64,000 nucleotides of DNA. It comes from Candidatus Hydrogenedentota bacterium (GTDB lineage: Bacteria > Hydrogenedentota > Hydrogenedentia > Hydrogenedentales > SLHB01). Numbering within the stretch: the stretch's first letter is position 1; every line of letters begins with the position of its first letter. Position numbers and translations under genes: made by a program. The stretch lies in contig CAXXYE010000009.1 of the NCBI GenBank assembly GCA_963674865.2, positions 1,888,001-1,952,000 of the forward strand, in the 5' to 3' direction. Positions 31,135-40,811 of the stretch are shown in pieces. The notes beneath the pieces are model-generated. The model worked only from the letters and a program-made list of their open reading frames with translations, did not search any database and was not told where the DNA came from.

Positions 31135-31914
31135 ATGCCTGTGCCGGAAGCGAATGACGTGCTGATCGTGGTCAAGGATCTTGTGACTCACTATGGCGAG
31201 ACGCAGGTCCTGGATAACGTATCGCTTGAGGTAAAGCGGGGCGAGGTACTCGTCATTCTCGGCGGGAGCGGCTGCGGCAAGACGACGCTGCTCAAGCACA
31301 TGACGGGACTTCTCCAGCCTACCGCCGGGCAGATTCTCTACGCTGGGCGAGACATAACGCTCTTGGACGAGGAAGAGTTGGCCGAGGTCCAACGCGGCAT
31401 CGGCATTGCGTTCCAGTCCAGTGGCCTGTTCAACTCGATGACGGTCGGCGATAACGTCGCGCTGCCTCTCCGCGAATACGGGGACATGGATGAGAGGCTG
31501 GTGAAGCCGCTGGTACGGCTGAAGCTCAGTCTTGTGGGCCTCGCCCACGCGGAGAATCTGATGCCTGACGAGTTGAGCGGGGGCATGCGGAAACGGGCCG
31601 GGCTGGCGCGGGCCATCGCCCTCGATCCGCCCATCGTTTTCTTCGACGAGCCTTCCGCCGGACTGGATCCGATTATGGCTTCGGGATTGGATGACCTCGT
31701 CCTCGAACTAAACCATTTGCTGGGCATCACGTTTGTCATCGTGACACACGAACTCGATTCGATTCGCAAAGTGGCGGATCGGGCGCTTATGCTGGATCAG
31801 GGACGCGTTGTTTTCTGCGGCGCCGTCGCGGAGGCGGAAGCGTCCGAGACGCCGCGGGTACGTCAATTCTTCGAGCGGCGCGCCGATGAGTACATCGGCC
31901 AGCAAGTGCGATAG
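31135..31914 (+). CDS. mlaF: MlaF family ABC ATPase
   Basis: GGSGCGKTT, LSGGMRKRAGLARA, DEPSAGLDP. Confidence 0.9.
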   Translation: MPVPEANDVLIVVKDLVTHYGETQVLDNVSLEVKRGEVLVILGGSGCGKTTLLKHMTGLLQPTAGQILYAGRDITLLDEEELAEVQRGIGIAFQSSGLFNSMTVGDNVALPLREYGDMDERLVKPLVRLKLSLVGLAHAENLMPDELSGGMRKRAGLARAIALDPPIVFFDEPSAGLDPIMASGLDDLVLELNHLLGITFVIVTHELDSIRKVADRALMLDQGRVVFCGAVAEAEASETPRVRQFFERRADEYIGQQVR

Positions 31915-31943
31915 AAGAAACACGCTGATAGGAGCAGAACCGG

Positions 31944-32924
31944 GTGGCGACAAAGGCACAGAAAACGAAAGTGGGATTGTTCCTGCTGGCCTCAGTTGTG
32001 GTGATCACCGTAGGCGTCCTGATCGCGCTGGGCCTCAGCACGGAGCGCAAAGTCCCGTACTACATTCTCTTCGACGAGTCCGTGCTCGGACTGGGCGTGG
32101 GTGGGCTCGTGGAGTATGGGGGGGTCGAGGTCGGCGACGTCAAGGACATCCACGTAACGCCGGATAACCGCGCTCGCGTTGACATCGTGGTCAGCGAGGA
32201 CAAGGTCAGGCTCAAGGAGGGCGTGACGGCGACCTTGACGATATACAGCCTGGCCCTGGGCACGATGTGTGTGTCGCTCGAGGGGGGCGATCCCGAAGCA
32301 GCGCCCCTGCAGCCTTACGAGCAGATCCCGTCGCGGGAGTCCATGTTCGAGTCGGTGAGTTCGCGTGTCACGAACCTGTTGACGGACTTGACGGCGATGG
32401 CGCACAAGCTGAACGTAGCGCTCGAGGGTCTTGAGGAAGGACAACTCGCGGCGGTTGTAGGGGAGGCGGGCGATCTCCTCAGCGAGACAAAGGGGCTTGT
32501 TGGGAAGACATCCGACACCGTGTCAAGTTTCCGGGAGCGGGGAGAGGAAGCCGTCGCTGATTTTCGCGCTCTTACAGAGAATCTTAACAAGTTCGCCGAG
32601 TCGGGGACGCGTTGGCTCGAACTGGCCGAGCAGAAGGTCAAGCCGCTTGACTTGGCCCAGACGGAGGAGGACCTCCAGAACGCGCTCGAAGCCATTACGG
32701 CGAGCGCCGAGGCCCTTACGAAGCGGCTCGAGGGCATGACGGACACGCTCGATGCGACGACGCGCGCCGCCCTCCACGAAGCCGATAACGTGGAGTACAA
32801 TCTGCGGGAAGGCATACGGAGTCTCAACGAGACGATGGGCGCCGTGCGGGACTTTCTGGAATACCTCAAGAGCGACCCGGCCGCGCTGATACGCGGCAAG
32901 GCGTCGCGAGCGGGAGGAGAGTGA
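31944..32924 (+). CDS. mlaD: MlaD/MCE family protein with long helical tail
   Basis: KVGLF TM anchor, GLGVGGLVEYGGVEVGDV, P.ALIRG ending. Confidence 0.85.
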   Translation: MATKAQKTKVGLFLLASVVVITVGVLIALGLSTERKVPYYILFDESVLGLGVGGLVEYGGVEVGDVKDIHVTPDNRARVDIVVSEDKVRLKEGVTATLTIYSLALGTMCVSLEGGDPEAAPLQPYEQIPSRESMFESVSSRVTNLLTDLTAMAHKLNVALEGLEEGQLAAVVGEAGDLLSETKGLVGKTSDTVSSFRERGEEAVADFRALTENLNKFAESGTRWLELAEQKVKPLDLAQTEEDLQNALEAITASAEALTKRLEGMTDTLDATTRAALHEADNVEYNLREGIRSLNETMGAVRDFLEYLKSDPAALIRGKASRAGGE

Positions 32925-33496
32925 TGCGTTACGGATGGTTGGTAATTCTGGCGGCCGTTCCGGGATGCCTGACGACGGGGTACACACCTATCGATCTCTA
33001 TTCCGTCGCGCCGGCGGTCGAGGTGGCCGCGGTCGCCTCAACCGAACAGACGCTGGGGATTCGTCCGCTCGAAGCGGCCCGGCCCTATCGGCAGCGCATC
33101 GTCTACCGCGAGGCGGGCTATGTGCTCGGTTATTACGAGAACGCGGAATGGGCGGAGTTGCCTCGCGATGCGGTGACGCGCTCGCTCAGTGATGCTATTG
33201 TTGCCACGGGCCGCTTCGCGGACGTGGGCAACGCGGCGGATATGCGCGCCCCGGACTTCGTACTTACGGGTGAGCTGAGGAAGTTCGATCAGGTGCGTAG
33301 CGAGACGCCTTGGGTGGCAGAGTGCGAGATCCGCCTCGAACTCCGGGACCCCTTGGGGCGTGCGGAGGGTTGGGCGCGGACGTTCACGGTGCGGGAGCCT
33401 CTCGATGGCCGTTCGCTTCCTGAACACGCGGCTGCCATGAGCCGCGCCGTCGCTGCCATTGTCAACGAGGCTGCCGAGGCAATCGGCCGGCGCTGA
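32921..33496 (+). CDS. PqiC-like ABC-type transport auxiliary lipoprotein
   Basis: VPGC lipobox, IVYR, WAELP, LTGELRKF; last gene of the Mla operon. Confidence 0.75.
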   Translation: MMRYGWLVILAAVPGCLTTGYTPIDLYSVAPAVEVAAVASTEQTLGIRPLEAARPYRQRIVYREAGYVLGYYENAEWAELPRDAVTRSLSDAIVATGRFADVGNAADMRAPDFVLTGELRKFDQVRSETPWVAECEIRLELRDPLGRAEGWARTFTVREPLDGRSLPEHAAAMSRAVAAIVNEAAEAIGRR

Positions 33497-33559
33497 GGGC
33501 GCGAGGCCGTCTTGTGAGAATACATGGACGCGTATTGCGTCCGCTGCAAGGGAATAGCA

Positions 33560-34867
33560 ATGTCTGAGATGATCTATACCTTCGCGGCTTTGGCCGCGCG
33601 CCACAAGGACGGCGCCACGTGCGATAAGGGGATGCGGCTCTTGGCGGATACGCTGCATCCGTATGGCGTGAAGATCACGTGGATCGTGAGCGTGCAGTCG
33701 GCGCACATCATGGCCAAGGCGCTAACGGAATGGCACGAAGCCTTTGGGGATGATGTTGCGCTGTGTCTGGAGCAAGTCTCGGTGGGGGACGAGGGCAAGA
33801 AGGCTGCCGTCGCGGAGGCGCGGGATGCGCTGCGTCAATTGCTGCCATGGTCCTCCGTCACCGTGGCGGGAGCGGGGCATACGGACTCGGAGATGATTCC
33901 CATCCTCGAAGAGCTTGGCTTTGAGGGGCTGTGGGGGTTCTGCTGGGAGCAGATCGAGGTCGACGACATCACGGATCGCGGTTGCCCGTGGGGCGTCTAT
34001 TACATTGATCGCGATGAGCGTCTCAGGCCGGCGCGCGGCCGGGGACTTGTGGCCATGGAATGGACCTCCCGCGACCTGCTCAAGAGCTTCCATTCGGGCA
34101 ATCCCTGCCTGTACAGCACGGATCCGAACGACGTGGCCCGGGGCGGCATTTGTTCCTGGGAGGATATCAGCTACTGGAAGGGCTTGGCGGACAATTACCG
34201 CCGAAACACGCGCTACAACGAACACGTGTTCCTTCTCCAGCACCAGGAGGCCCACGAGCAGGAGCGTAGCGACCTTTGCAGATGTTACACGGAGGAGGAT
34301 ATCCGCGAAGGGGCGATCATGCTTGAGGAGTTCGTCAAGTACGTCAAGGATGACGTGCGGATGATGACGCTGCCCGAGGCCGCCGCGTTCTATCGCAAGA
34401 CGTACGCCCACACGCCGTCTTCCTACATGCTGTGGGAAGACACGCCAACGCCGCCCTGGAATCCCGATTACGTTTGGAGTACCTCTCCGGGGCCCTGGCC
34501 CAAGACGTTTCTGTACCACGACCGCGATGTGCAGATGATGTTCATCGAGGGGAAGGTCGAACCGGTTTGCATCCGCAATTACCGGCGTCCGTGGCTGCCG
34601 GGTGAGTTCTTCGCCGAACCTGAAATCCCCAAGACGGAACTTGTTTCCAATTCCCGGCTGCGGTGGCGGCGTGAACTCGAGATCAGAGTTACCAGTCCTT
34701 GTGCGATGCCTTTCGGGCTGGCATTGTGGGGCGATTTCGCCCTGTACCAAATCGATGAGGCTCCCGGGCTGATCGAAGGGAAGATCCTATCCCGCGAGTT
34801 GCTGTTTCTGCGGTACGACGTGGCCGAAGGCGAAAGCCTGCTCCGGGTCAAGTTGAGCGGGAAGTAG
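33560..34867 (+). CDS. Hypothetical protein (possible polysaccharide deacetylase-like barrel)
   Basis: Clean GC3-biased ORF; KITW, ILEELGF, GCPWG..Y; the fold is a guess. Confidence 0.55.
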   Translation: MSEMIYTFAALAARHKDGATCDKGMRLLADTLHPYGVKITWIVSVQSAHIMAKALTEWHEAFGDDVALCLEQVSVGDEGKKAAVAEARDALRQLLPWSSVTVAGAGHTDSEMIPILEELGFEGLWGFCWEQIEVDDITDRGCPWGVYYIDRDERLRPARGRGLVAMEWTSRDLLKSFHSGNPCLYSTDPNDVARGGICSWEDISYWKGLADNYRRNTRYNEHVFLLQHQEAHEQERSDLCRCYTEEDIREGAIMLEEFVKYVKDDVRMMTLPEAAAFYRKTYAHTPSSYMLWEDTPTPPWNPDYVWSTSPGPWPKTFLYHDRDVQMMFIEGKVEPVCIRNYRRPWLPGEFFAEPEIPKTELVSNSRLRWRRELEIRVTSPCAMPFGLALWGDFALYQIDEAPGLIEGKILSRELLFLRYDVAEGESLLRVKLSGK

Positions 34868-34879
34868 CGGGCCGCCCCG

Positions 34880-35395
34880 TCAGTCCTGCTTCTCGAAATT
34901 GGCGCGCAATTCGTCGAAGAGGCGGGCTTCACCTCCGCGGTAGAGCAGGTGGTCATCAACTTCGAGGGTGCGCTCAATACTGAGCGGGAAGAACTTCCCC
35001 CGGCCGCGGACGTATACCTCGCCGGCTTCGTCGAGAATCTCACCTTCGACCTCCGCGAGTCGTTTGCTGGCGCGGAGCACGTTGGTCGTCACCGTGGTGG
35101 TTCGGTCGCAGGGCACCGGTTTCAGATAGCGGATGGATAAGTCGGCCGTGTAGCACATGCGCTCGATGACGTAGGTGGCGGCCCAGCCCATGGTTTCGTC
35201 AAGTATCGCGGCCACGACGCCGCCGTGAAGCACGTTCGGGTAGCCGCAGTGGTGCTCCTGGGCGTTCAAGTCCGCCTTGACGATGTTGTCCTCGATGTAG
35301 AAGCGGGCCTGGAGGCCGGCTGGGTTCTCCTCCCCGCAGATGAAACACGTTTTCGATGTGGGCAGATAAACGCGCCCGTTTGTCTCCGAACTCAC
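34880..35395 (-). CDS. PaaI family thioesterase (hotdog fold)
   Basis: CFICGEENPAG, HGGVVAAILDE, IRYLKPVP; GTG start after AAGGAG. Confidence 0.85.
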   Translation of the reverse strand: MSSETNGRVYLPTSKTCFICGEENPAGLQARFYIEDNIVKADLNAQEHHCGYPNVLHGGVVAAILDETMGWAATYVIERMCYTADLSIRYLKPVPCDRTTTVTTNVLRASKRLAEVEGEILDEAGEVYVRGRGKFFPLSIERTLEVDDHLLYRGGEARLFDELRANFEKQD

Positions 35396-35406
35396 AACAG
35401 ACTCCT

Positions 35407-35796
35407 TCAATCCTCTCTCTTGTGCGGGCCGCCCCGGGCGCTGGGCAACATGCCGGAAAGCGCCTGGCGGTGTCTTGCCACCCACCGATAGACGAGCGGC
35501 GAGAGCGCCGACACGCCTGGAAGCTCGATGGCCTGGGCCAGCCAGCGCCAGCGGCGTAGCCGCCGAAACAGGTGGGGAAAGGCTTGTTCGCCCGCATGGA
35601 TACTGCCGCCGGGCAGCACCAACTGGAGCGCCGCCACGCAGGCCGCCTCGGTGATCTGGGGGAACCGCTCTTTCCGCTCGTCGGATTGGCACGGCACCAA
35701 CTCGATGGTGTCCGGTAGGGCGTTCTGCCGGATCCATTCAGCCGCGCCCCGGCAGAGCGGACACGAGCGGTCGTATATTAAAGCCGCCTTGTCCAT
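35407..35796 (-). CDS. DCC1/DUF393 thiol-disulfide oxidoreductase-like protein
   Basis: IYDRSCPLC, YRWVARHR. Confidence 0.85.
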   Translation of the reverse strand: MDKAALIYDRSCPLCRGAAEWIRQNALPDTIELVPCQSDERKERFPQITEAACVAALQLVLPGGSIHAGEQAFPHLFRRLRRWRWLAQAIELPGVSALSPLVYRWVARHRQALSGMLPSARGGPHKRED

Positions 35797-35838
35797 TTGA
35801 TGACGCCCTCGGGCCGCTTCACCGTCCGGAGCATTTGG

Positions 35839-38016
35839 TTAAGCGCGGCGCGCGTGGGCCAACACCTTCTTCAACGCGGCCACGACCTCGCCCAGGTTCT
35901 TGTCCGTCATGCTTGGGTAAAGGGGCAACGAGATAATCTCGTGCGACGCGGCCGTAGCGTGGGGCAGATCCTCGGGCTTCATACCGAGCTGCTCAAGATA
36001 ATACGGATGCAGATGCAGGCCGAAGAAGTGGATGCCCGTGCCGATGTTTTCGCGCCGCAAGGCGTGGACGATCTCGTCCCGGTTCTGGACCAGTTTGTCC
36101 AGCCTCAGTCGTATCACCATGAGATGCCAGGCGTGCTCAACTTCGTCGATGATGTGCGGCAAGGTGATCTCGTCTATCTCACTCAGTACCGTCTGATACA
36201 TTCCCGCGAGGCGCCGACGCGCCGACCTGAAGGCTCCGAACTTCTTGAGCTGCGCCACGCCCATGGCCGCACTTACATTGCCCATCTGGTACTTGAATCC
36301 CGGCTCGACGACTTGTGCGGGGGCGGCGATGGCGCTGCGGCCGTAGCGCTCCCAGGCGTTTGCCGTCATGCCATTGGCGGCCAGCAGGCGAAGGTGGGCC
36401 GCGGCCTCCTCATCGCGCACGGCAATGGTGCCGCCTTCCATGGTCGTGATGTTCTTGATCGCGTAGAAGCTGAAGCAGGCGAACTCGCCGTAGCCCCCGA
36501 TGGGCGTGCCCTTGTAGGAGGCGCCCAGCGCGTGGGCGGCGTCTTCGACCACGGGGAGATTGTGTTTGCGGGCGATGGCGTATACGGCCTCGAGATCGCA
36601 GGGCTGTCCCGCTAGGTGTACGGGCATGATCGCCTTGGTGCGTTCCGTAATCGCGCGGTCGATGCCGGCCGGGTCGATGTTCAAGGTGTCAGGGCAGATG
36701 TCGGCGAAGACGGGGCGGGCGCCGAGGTGAAGAATTGTGTTGCCGGAGGAAGCCCAATTCAGGGGCGAGGTGATTACTTCATCGCCCGGGCCGACGCCGA
36801 GATGCGTCAGGCACAGGTGAAGGGCCGCGGTACATGAGGAGACGGCCACCACGTGCGGGGCGGCGACGGCTTCGCCGAATGCTTTCTCGAATACCTGAAT
36901 GTGCGGCCCGGAGGTCAGCCAACAACTACGCAAAGCGCCCACGACGGCGGCTTCTTCCTCAGGTCCGAGCGTGGGCCGGGCCATCGGGATAAGTCGTGAG
37001 GCAATGGGTTCGCCGCCTTCATCCACCGGTGTAGCGCGCAATTGCTTCATGCGGCGGACGTTGAAATACGCGTCGTCCATGGGATCTACCGACGCGTCGG
37101 CCAAGCCGTCACGCAGTTCGCGGATACCTTCTTCGAGCGACCACTCGCACTTGAATCCGAGTTTCTCGCGGATTTTGCCGAATTGGACGCAGTAGGTGCG
37201 CACATCTTCATCACTCTTGACGAGTTCCACTTTGACATCGTCGAACTGCCGCGCAACGCGTTCGGCCAGGTCGCGAACACGGTAATTGCATACATCGGAG
37301 CCCATGTTATAGATGGCGCCGGCCGCGGTTTTCGCGGGCGCTTCCAGCAAGGCGGCCATGGCCCGTGCCGCGTCGCGTACATGGATGAAAGGGCGCCATT
37401 GATTGCCGCCGCCGAAGACGTCGATGCGTCTCTGGCGGACGGCGGTGGCGACCATCTGATTGACGGCCAGGTCGAAACGCATGCGTGGGGACCAGCCGAA
37501 GAGCGTGGCCATCCGCGCTACCACGGGCTCGAACAGCTCGTTCTGCATATCAAGCAGGGCGTTTTCCGCCTCAAGTTTGCTGCGCCCGAAGGTCGAGACG
37601 GGATTGGTGGGACTCTGCTCGTCGAGCACGTCGAAGACGCCCTTGCCGTACACGGCGCATGAGGAGGCGAAGACAAACCGCGATGCCCCCTTCTGAACGG
37701 CCTGCGAGGCCAATTCCTGGGTACTTTCGACGTTGACGTCCCAGGTCATGTCCGGGTCCAGTTCGCCCGAGGGGTCGTTAGAGAGGCCGGCAAGGTGGAC
37801 AACGGCGTCAATGCCGTCAAACAGTCCGGGCGTGTCCTGGAGCCTACGGATGTCGCCGCGGGCAATCTCGCAACTAGGGTGTTCCCGGAAGGCGGCCAGG
37901 GCCTCCTCCCCGAAGCAAAAGCGGTCGAAGACCCTTACGGAATGGCCGCGTTCGAGCAGAACGGGCGTTAGACACGCGCCCAGGTAGCCCGCGCCGCCTG
38001 TCAGTAGTACTCGCAT
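35839..38016 (-). CDS. Fusion of NAD-dependent epimerase/dehydratase (SDR) and DegT/DnrJ aminotransferase
   Basis: TGGAGYLG and RPFIHVRD, then SCTAALH, EDAAHA, FSFYAIKNITTMEGG. Confidence 0.9.
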   Translation of the reverse strand: MRVLLTGGAGYLGACLTPVLLERGHSVRVFDRFCFGEEALAAFREHPSCEIARGDIRRLQDTPGLFDGIDAVVHLAGLSNDPSGELDPDMTWDVNVESTQELASQAVQKGASRFVFASSCAVYGKGVFDVLDEQSPTNPVSTFGRSKLEAENALLDMQNELFEPVVARMATLFGWSPRMRFDLAVNQMVATAVRQRRIDVFGGGNQWRPFIHVRDAARAMAALLEAPAKTAAGAIYNMGSDVCNYRVRDLAERVARQFDDVKVELVKSDEDVRTYCVQFGKIREKLGFKCEWSLEEGIRELRDGLADASVDPMDDAYFNVRRMKQLRATPVDEGGEPIASRLIPMARPTLGPEEEAAVVGALRSCWLTSGPHIQVFEKAFGEAVAAPHVVAVSSCTAALHLCLTHLGVGPGDEVITSPLNWASSGNTILHLGARPVFADICPDTLNIDPAGIDRAITERTKAIMPVHLAGQPCDLEAVYAIARKHNLPVVEDAAHALGASYKGTPIGGYGEFACFSFYAIKNITTMEGGTIAVRDEEAAAHLRLLAANGMTANAWERYGRSAIAAPAQVVEPGFKYQMGNVSAAMGVAQLKKFGAFRSARRRLAGMYQTVLSEIDEITLPHIIDEVEHAWHLMVIRLRLDKLVQNRDEIVHALRRENIGTGIHFFGLHLHPYYLEQLGMKPEDLPHATAASHEIISLPLYPSMTDKNLGEVVAALKKVLAHARRA

Positions 38017-38290
38017 GAATCAACTCCCCATCGGTGCCGGCAAAACGGCGCAAGTATATCAGGTGGGCGCCGCCACGGGAAACCGCGATATGTGTATGGC
38101 GTGGCGCTTCATCGGGTGATGCGGCAGGCGCATGTTTGTTTGCAAGTCCCTTCTTGTCGTTGGCCGCGGTTTGACGTGAGGGCCTGTGTTGAACATACTG
38201 AGGCGAATGCCAATTTGACAAGGCATGTGCCTGAACCACCGCGTTTGCACGCGGAGGACACGCCAAGAAGAGAGCGGGGAGTGCGGTGGG

Positions 38291-38998
38291 ATGAACCTTA
38301 TCAAGCAAGACAGCCTCGCCGACACGCTGGACAATATCAACGGACTTCTTTTCGTCGGGGAGGCTATCCCTCAAGCGCGAAGGCGCGCAGCCGCGGAGTG
38401 GATCGCCGGGAGGCAGGGGGCGGCGGGCGCCTACGCGGGGATGTTTGCGCCGACGGGGGACGATTTCCGGAAGGGCATCCGCCTTTTCACCGGCGAGCGG
38501 TTTACCACGCGGGCGGGATCCTCCCACGTTCTCGGGGAGGAGGCTTGCCGGGTGCTGCTGAAGCTGGGCGTGCCGTCGGAAGGCATACGCGACGCACTGC
38601 GCCGAGCCACGGAAGGTATGACGCAGCGCCTTGTTGAGGCCGCTAGGCGGGAGCGGAACGCCGGGAGGCCCTGGCCGGGCGCGTACTGTTGCGCAAGGTG
38701 TACGTGCGCCTTGTGGCGTCACATCGGTGCGGGCGGGTTGCAGGATGCATCGTCTGAGCGTTGGCTGACGGAGGGGATGAAGCTGCTGCGATCGCGACGC
38801 GATGATTCGGGCCGCTGGCAGGGATTTCCCTTCTATTACACACTTCTAGCCTTGGCGGGGCTCGATACACGGGCGGCGAGCGCGGAATTGAAGCATGCGT
38901 CGCCCGCCTGTGAGCGGCTTCTGCGGCGAGCGCCAAGGCCGGGCAAGTTCGATGAACGCCGCCGGCTGCTGGCGGAAAGGGTGCTCGGGCTCTTCTAG
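38291..38998 (+). CDS. Hypothetical protein
   Basis: GC3-biased ORF; YCCARC and GRWQGFPFYYT segments; function unknown. Confidence 0.55.
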   Translation: MNLIKQDSLADTLDNINGLLFVGEAIPQARRRAAAEWIAGRQGAAGAYAGMFAPTGDDFRKGIRLFTGERFTTRAGSSHVLGEEACRVLLKLGVPSEGIRDALRRATEGMTQRLVEAARRERNAGRPWPGAYCCARCTCALWRHIGAGGLQDASSERWLTEGMKLLRSRRDDSGRWQGFPFYYTLLALAGLDTRAASAELKHASPACERLLRRAPRPGKFDERRRLLAERVLGLF

Positions 38999-39031
38999 GC
39001 GAGGCCCGAGAAGGTAACGAGGAGCATCCGT

Positions 39032-39601
39032 ATGAAGGTTATTGCACTGCTGGGAAGTCCCCGAAAGGGCGGTAATACGGATCTGTTGGCCGATGCCGTG
39101 CTTGAGGGCGCCCGAGGCGCCGGGGCCGAAGTGGACAAGGTCTATCTTGATGATTTCCAGATTCGCCCGCTGGCCGAGGTAGGCGACATCCGCACCGAGC
39201 GCAAGGATTCGCGCGGCGATGACGATTTCCCCGGCGTCCTGGCGCGGGTGGATGAGGCCCAGATTGTGATCTTCGCCTCGCCCGTCTATTGTGCGGGCGT
39301 TTCGGCGCAGCTCAAGTGTTTCCTTGATCGACTTGCGGCCTATTGGAGCCGGCCGGACTACGCCGAGCGGCTCGCCGGCAAAGGCTACATCGTGGTAACG
39401 GCGCACGGGAGTCCTGAGCCGGATCACGGCAAGTGGGTGCTCGAACCTATGAAGACTCTTGTCGCTTTCATTGGAGGACGGTATCTCGGCGACGTTGCCG
39501 CGCACGCCTCCAAGAAGGGCGAGGTAAGCGAGGCGCCCGAGATGTTGGATGCCGCGCGGGAGTTGGGCGCCGACGCGGTCGGGGAGATGGCGAAGAGTTG
39601 A
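39032..39601 (+). CDS. Flavodoxin / NADPH-dependent FMN reductase family protein
   Basis: GSPRKGGNT, ASPVY, QLKCFLDR. Confidence 0.9.
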   Translation: MKVIALLGSPRKGGNTDLLADAVLEGARGAGAEVDKVYLDDFQIRPLAEVGDIRTERKDSRGDDDFPGVLARVDEAQIVIFASPVYCAGVSAQLKCFLDRLAAYWSRPDYAERLAGKGYIVVTAHGSPEPDHGKWVLEPMKTLVAFIGGRYLGDVAAHASKKGEVSEAPEMLDAARELGADAVGEMAKS

Positions 39602-39708
39602 GCCGCCAAGGTAGGCGCTCCCGTGTTTCGCTCGAAGGCTGGGCCGGGCACCTTGGGGCGGAGTCGTGTGCGCTAGGCCACAGGGCCATCTTGAGGAATC
39701 AATACACG

Positions 39709-40767
39709 TTGAGCATATTGGCGACGAAGCCGAAAGGGCGATTGGCGAAGCGGCTCGGGGACTTGGGCTTGAGCGTGGAGGCCGTCGAGCAAGATGAGGG
39801 CAACGTCGATAGGTACCTGCTGAGTGGCCGCCTGGCCATCGAGCGCAGAACCGGCAGCACGCTTCTGAGCGGTATCACTGACAAATCCCTTTTCACGAGC
39901 GCCATCTATCTGCGGGAGCATTTTGCGATTCCCGTTCTGATTATTGAAGGCGAGGTGGATTACGCGCGCCGGGCGTTCGATCCTCAAGCTGTGCGAGGCG
40001 CCCTCTCGGCGATGGTTCTCGAGTATAGGATGAGCGTACTGGCCACTTCGGCGGTTGAGGAAACGGCGCAACTCATTGCGATGATGGCGCGGCAGGAGCA
40101 ATTGGGTATTCCCGAGATCTCCCTTATCCCGAAGCGGAAGGCGGCGGATCTGGCCGACATGCAGCGGCGGATCGTCGAGATGTTCCCCCGGTGCGGGCGG
40201 GTGGCGGCACGGCAACTGCTCCAGCGATTTGGAAGCGTTACGAGGATAGCGAATGCTACGGAGGAGGAGTTGCGGGCTGTAAAGGGCATCGGTGCCGGGG
40301 CCGCAGGTGAGATTCGCAAGGTTCTTGACTCCGAGTACGAATCCGTGGATACCGAGGCGGAGCTCGAGGACGCGATCGAAGCAGCGCCGCAGCTTCTGTT
40401 TGAGCGGCCCGTGGCGAAGGTGGCGCGCCAACATCTTATGTTCGTCGAGCGCAAGGAGCGGCATGTAATCGACCTGGCTTTTCACGATCCGGAGGCGGGG
40501 GCACTGATTCTGGTGGAGCTGAAGCGCGGGAGACTCACGCGCGAACACGAGGAGCAACTGCGGCGCTATCTGGACAACGCGCATCGCTCGAAGTTGCTCC
40601 AAGGTCTTCTTGCCAGGGGGGCGAAACTCCTTGGTGTTCTGGCGACCGTTGAAGCATGTGTCTTTGAACCGCTTGATTCGCGTATAACCGTGCGTATCGT
40701 TGACAGGAAGAATGTGATAGCCATTCTTGGAGAGCTTCGCGCCAAGCGCCTTGGGGAAGGTGCGTGA
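39709..40767 (+). CDS. ERCC4/XPF-like domain + HhH + C-terminal NucS-like PD-(D/E)xK nuclease
   Basis: YLLSGRLAIERR, VLIIEG, PRCGRVAARQLL..VKGIG, then IDL..ILVELKRG..QLRRY. Confidence 0.7.
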   Translation: MSILATKPKGRLAKRLGDLGLSVEAVEQDEGNVDRYLLSGRLAIERRTGSTLLSGITDKSLFTSAIYLREHFAIPVLIIEGEVDYARRAFDPQAVRGALSAMVLEYRMSVLATSAVEETAQLIAMMARQEQLGIPEISLIPKRKAADLADMQRRIVEMFPRCGRVAARQLLQRFGSVTRIANATEEELRAVKGIGAGAAGEIRKVLDSEYESVDTEAELEDAIEAAPQLLFERPVAKVARQHLMFVERKERHVIDLAFHDPEAGALILVELKRGRLTREHEEQLRRYLDNAHRSKLLQGLLARGAKLLGVLATVEACVFEPLDSRITVRIVDRKNVIAILGELRAKRLGEGA

Positions 40768-40811
40768 CGTTCTCCAAGACGCATCCGAAATGAACAGATG
40801 GGAGAGAGACT

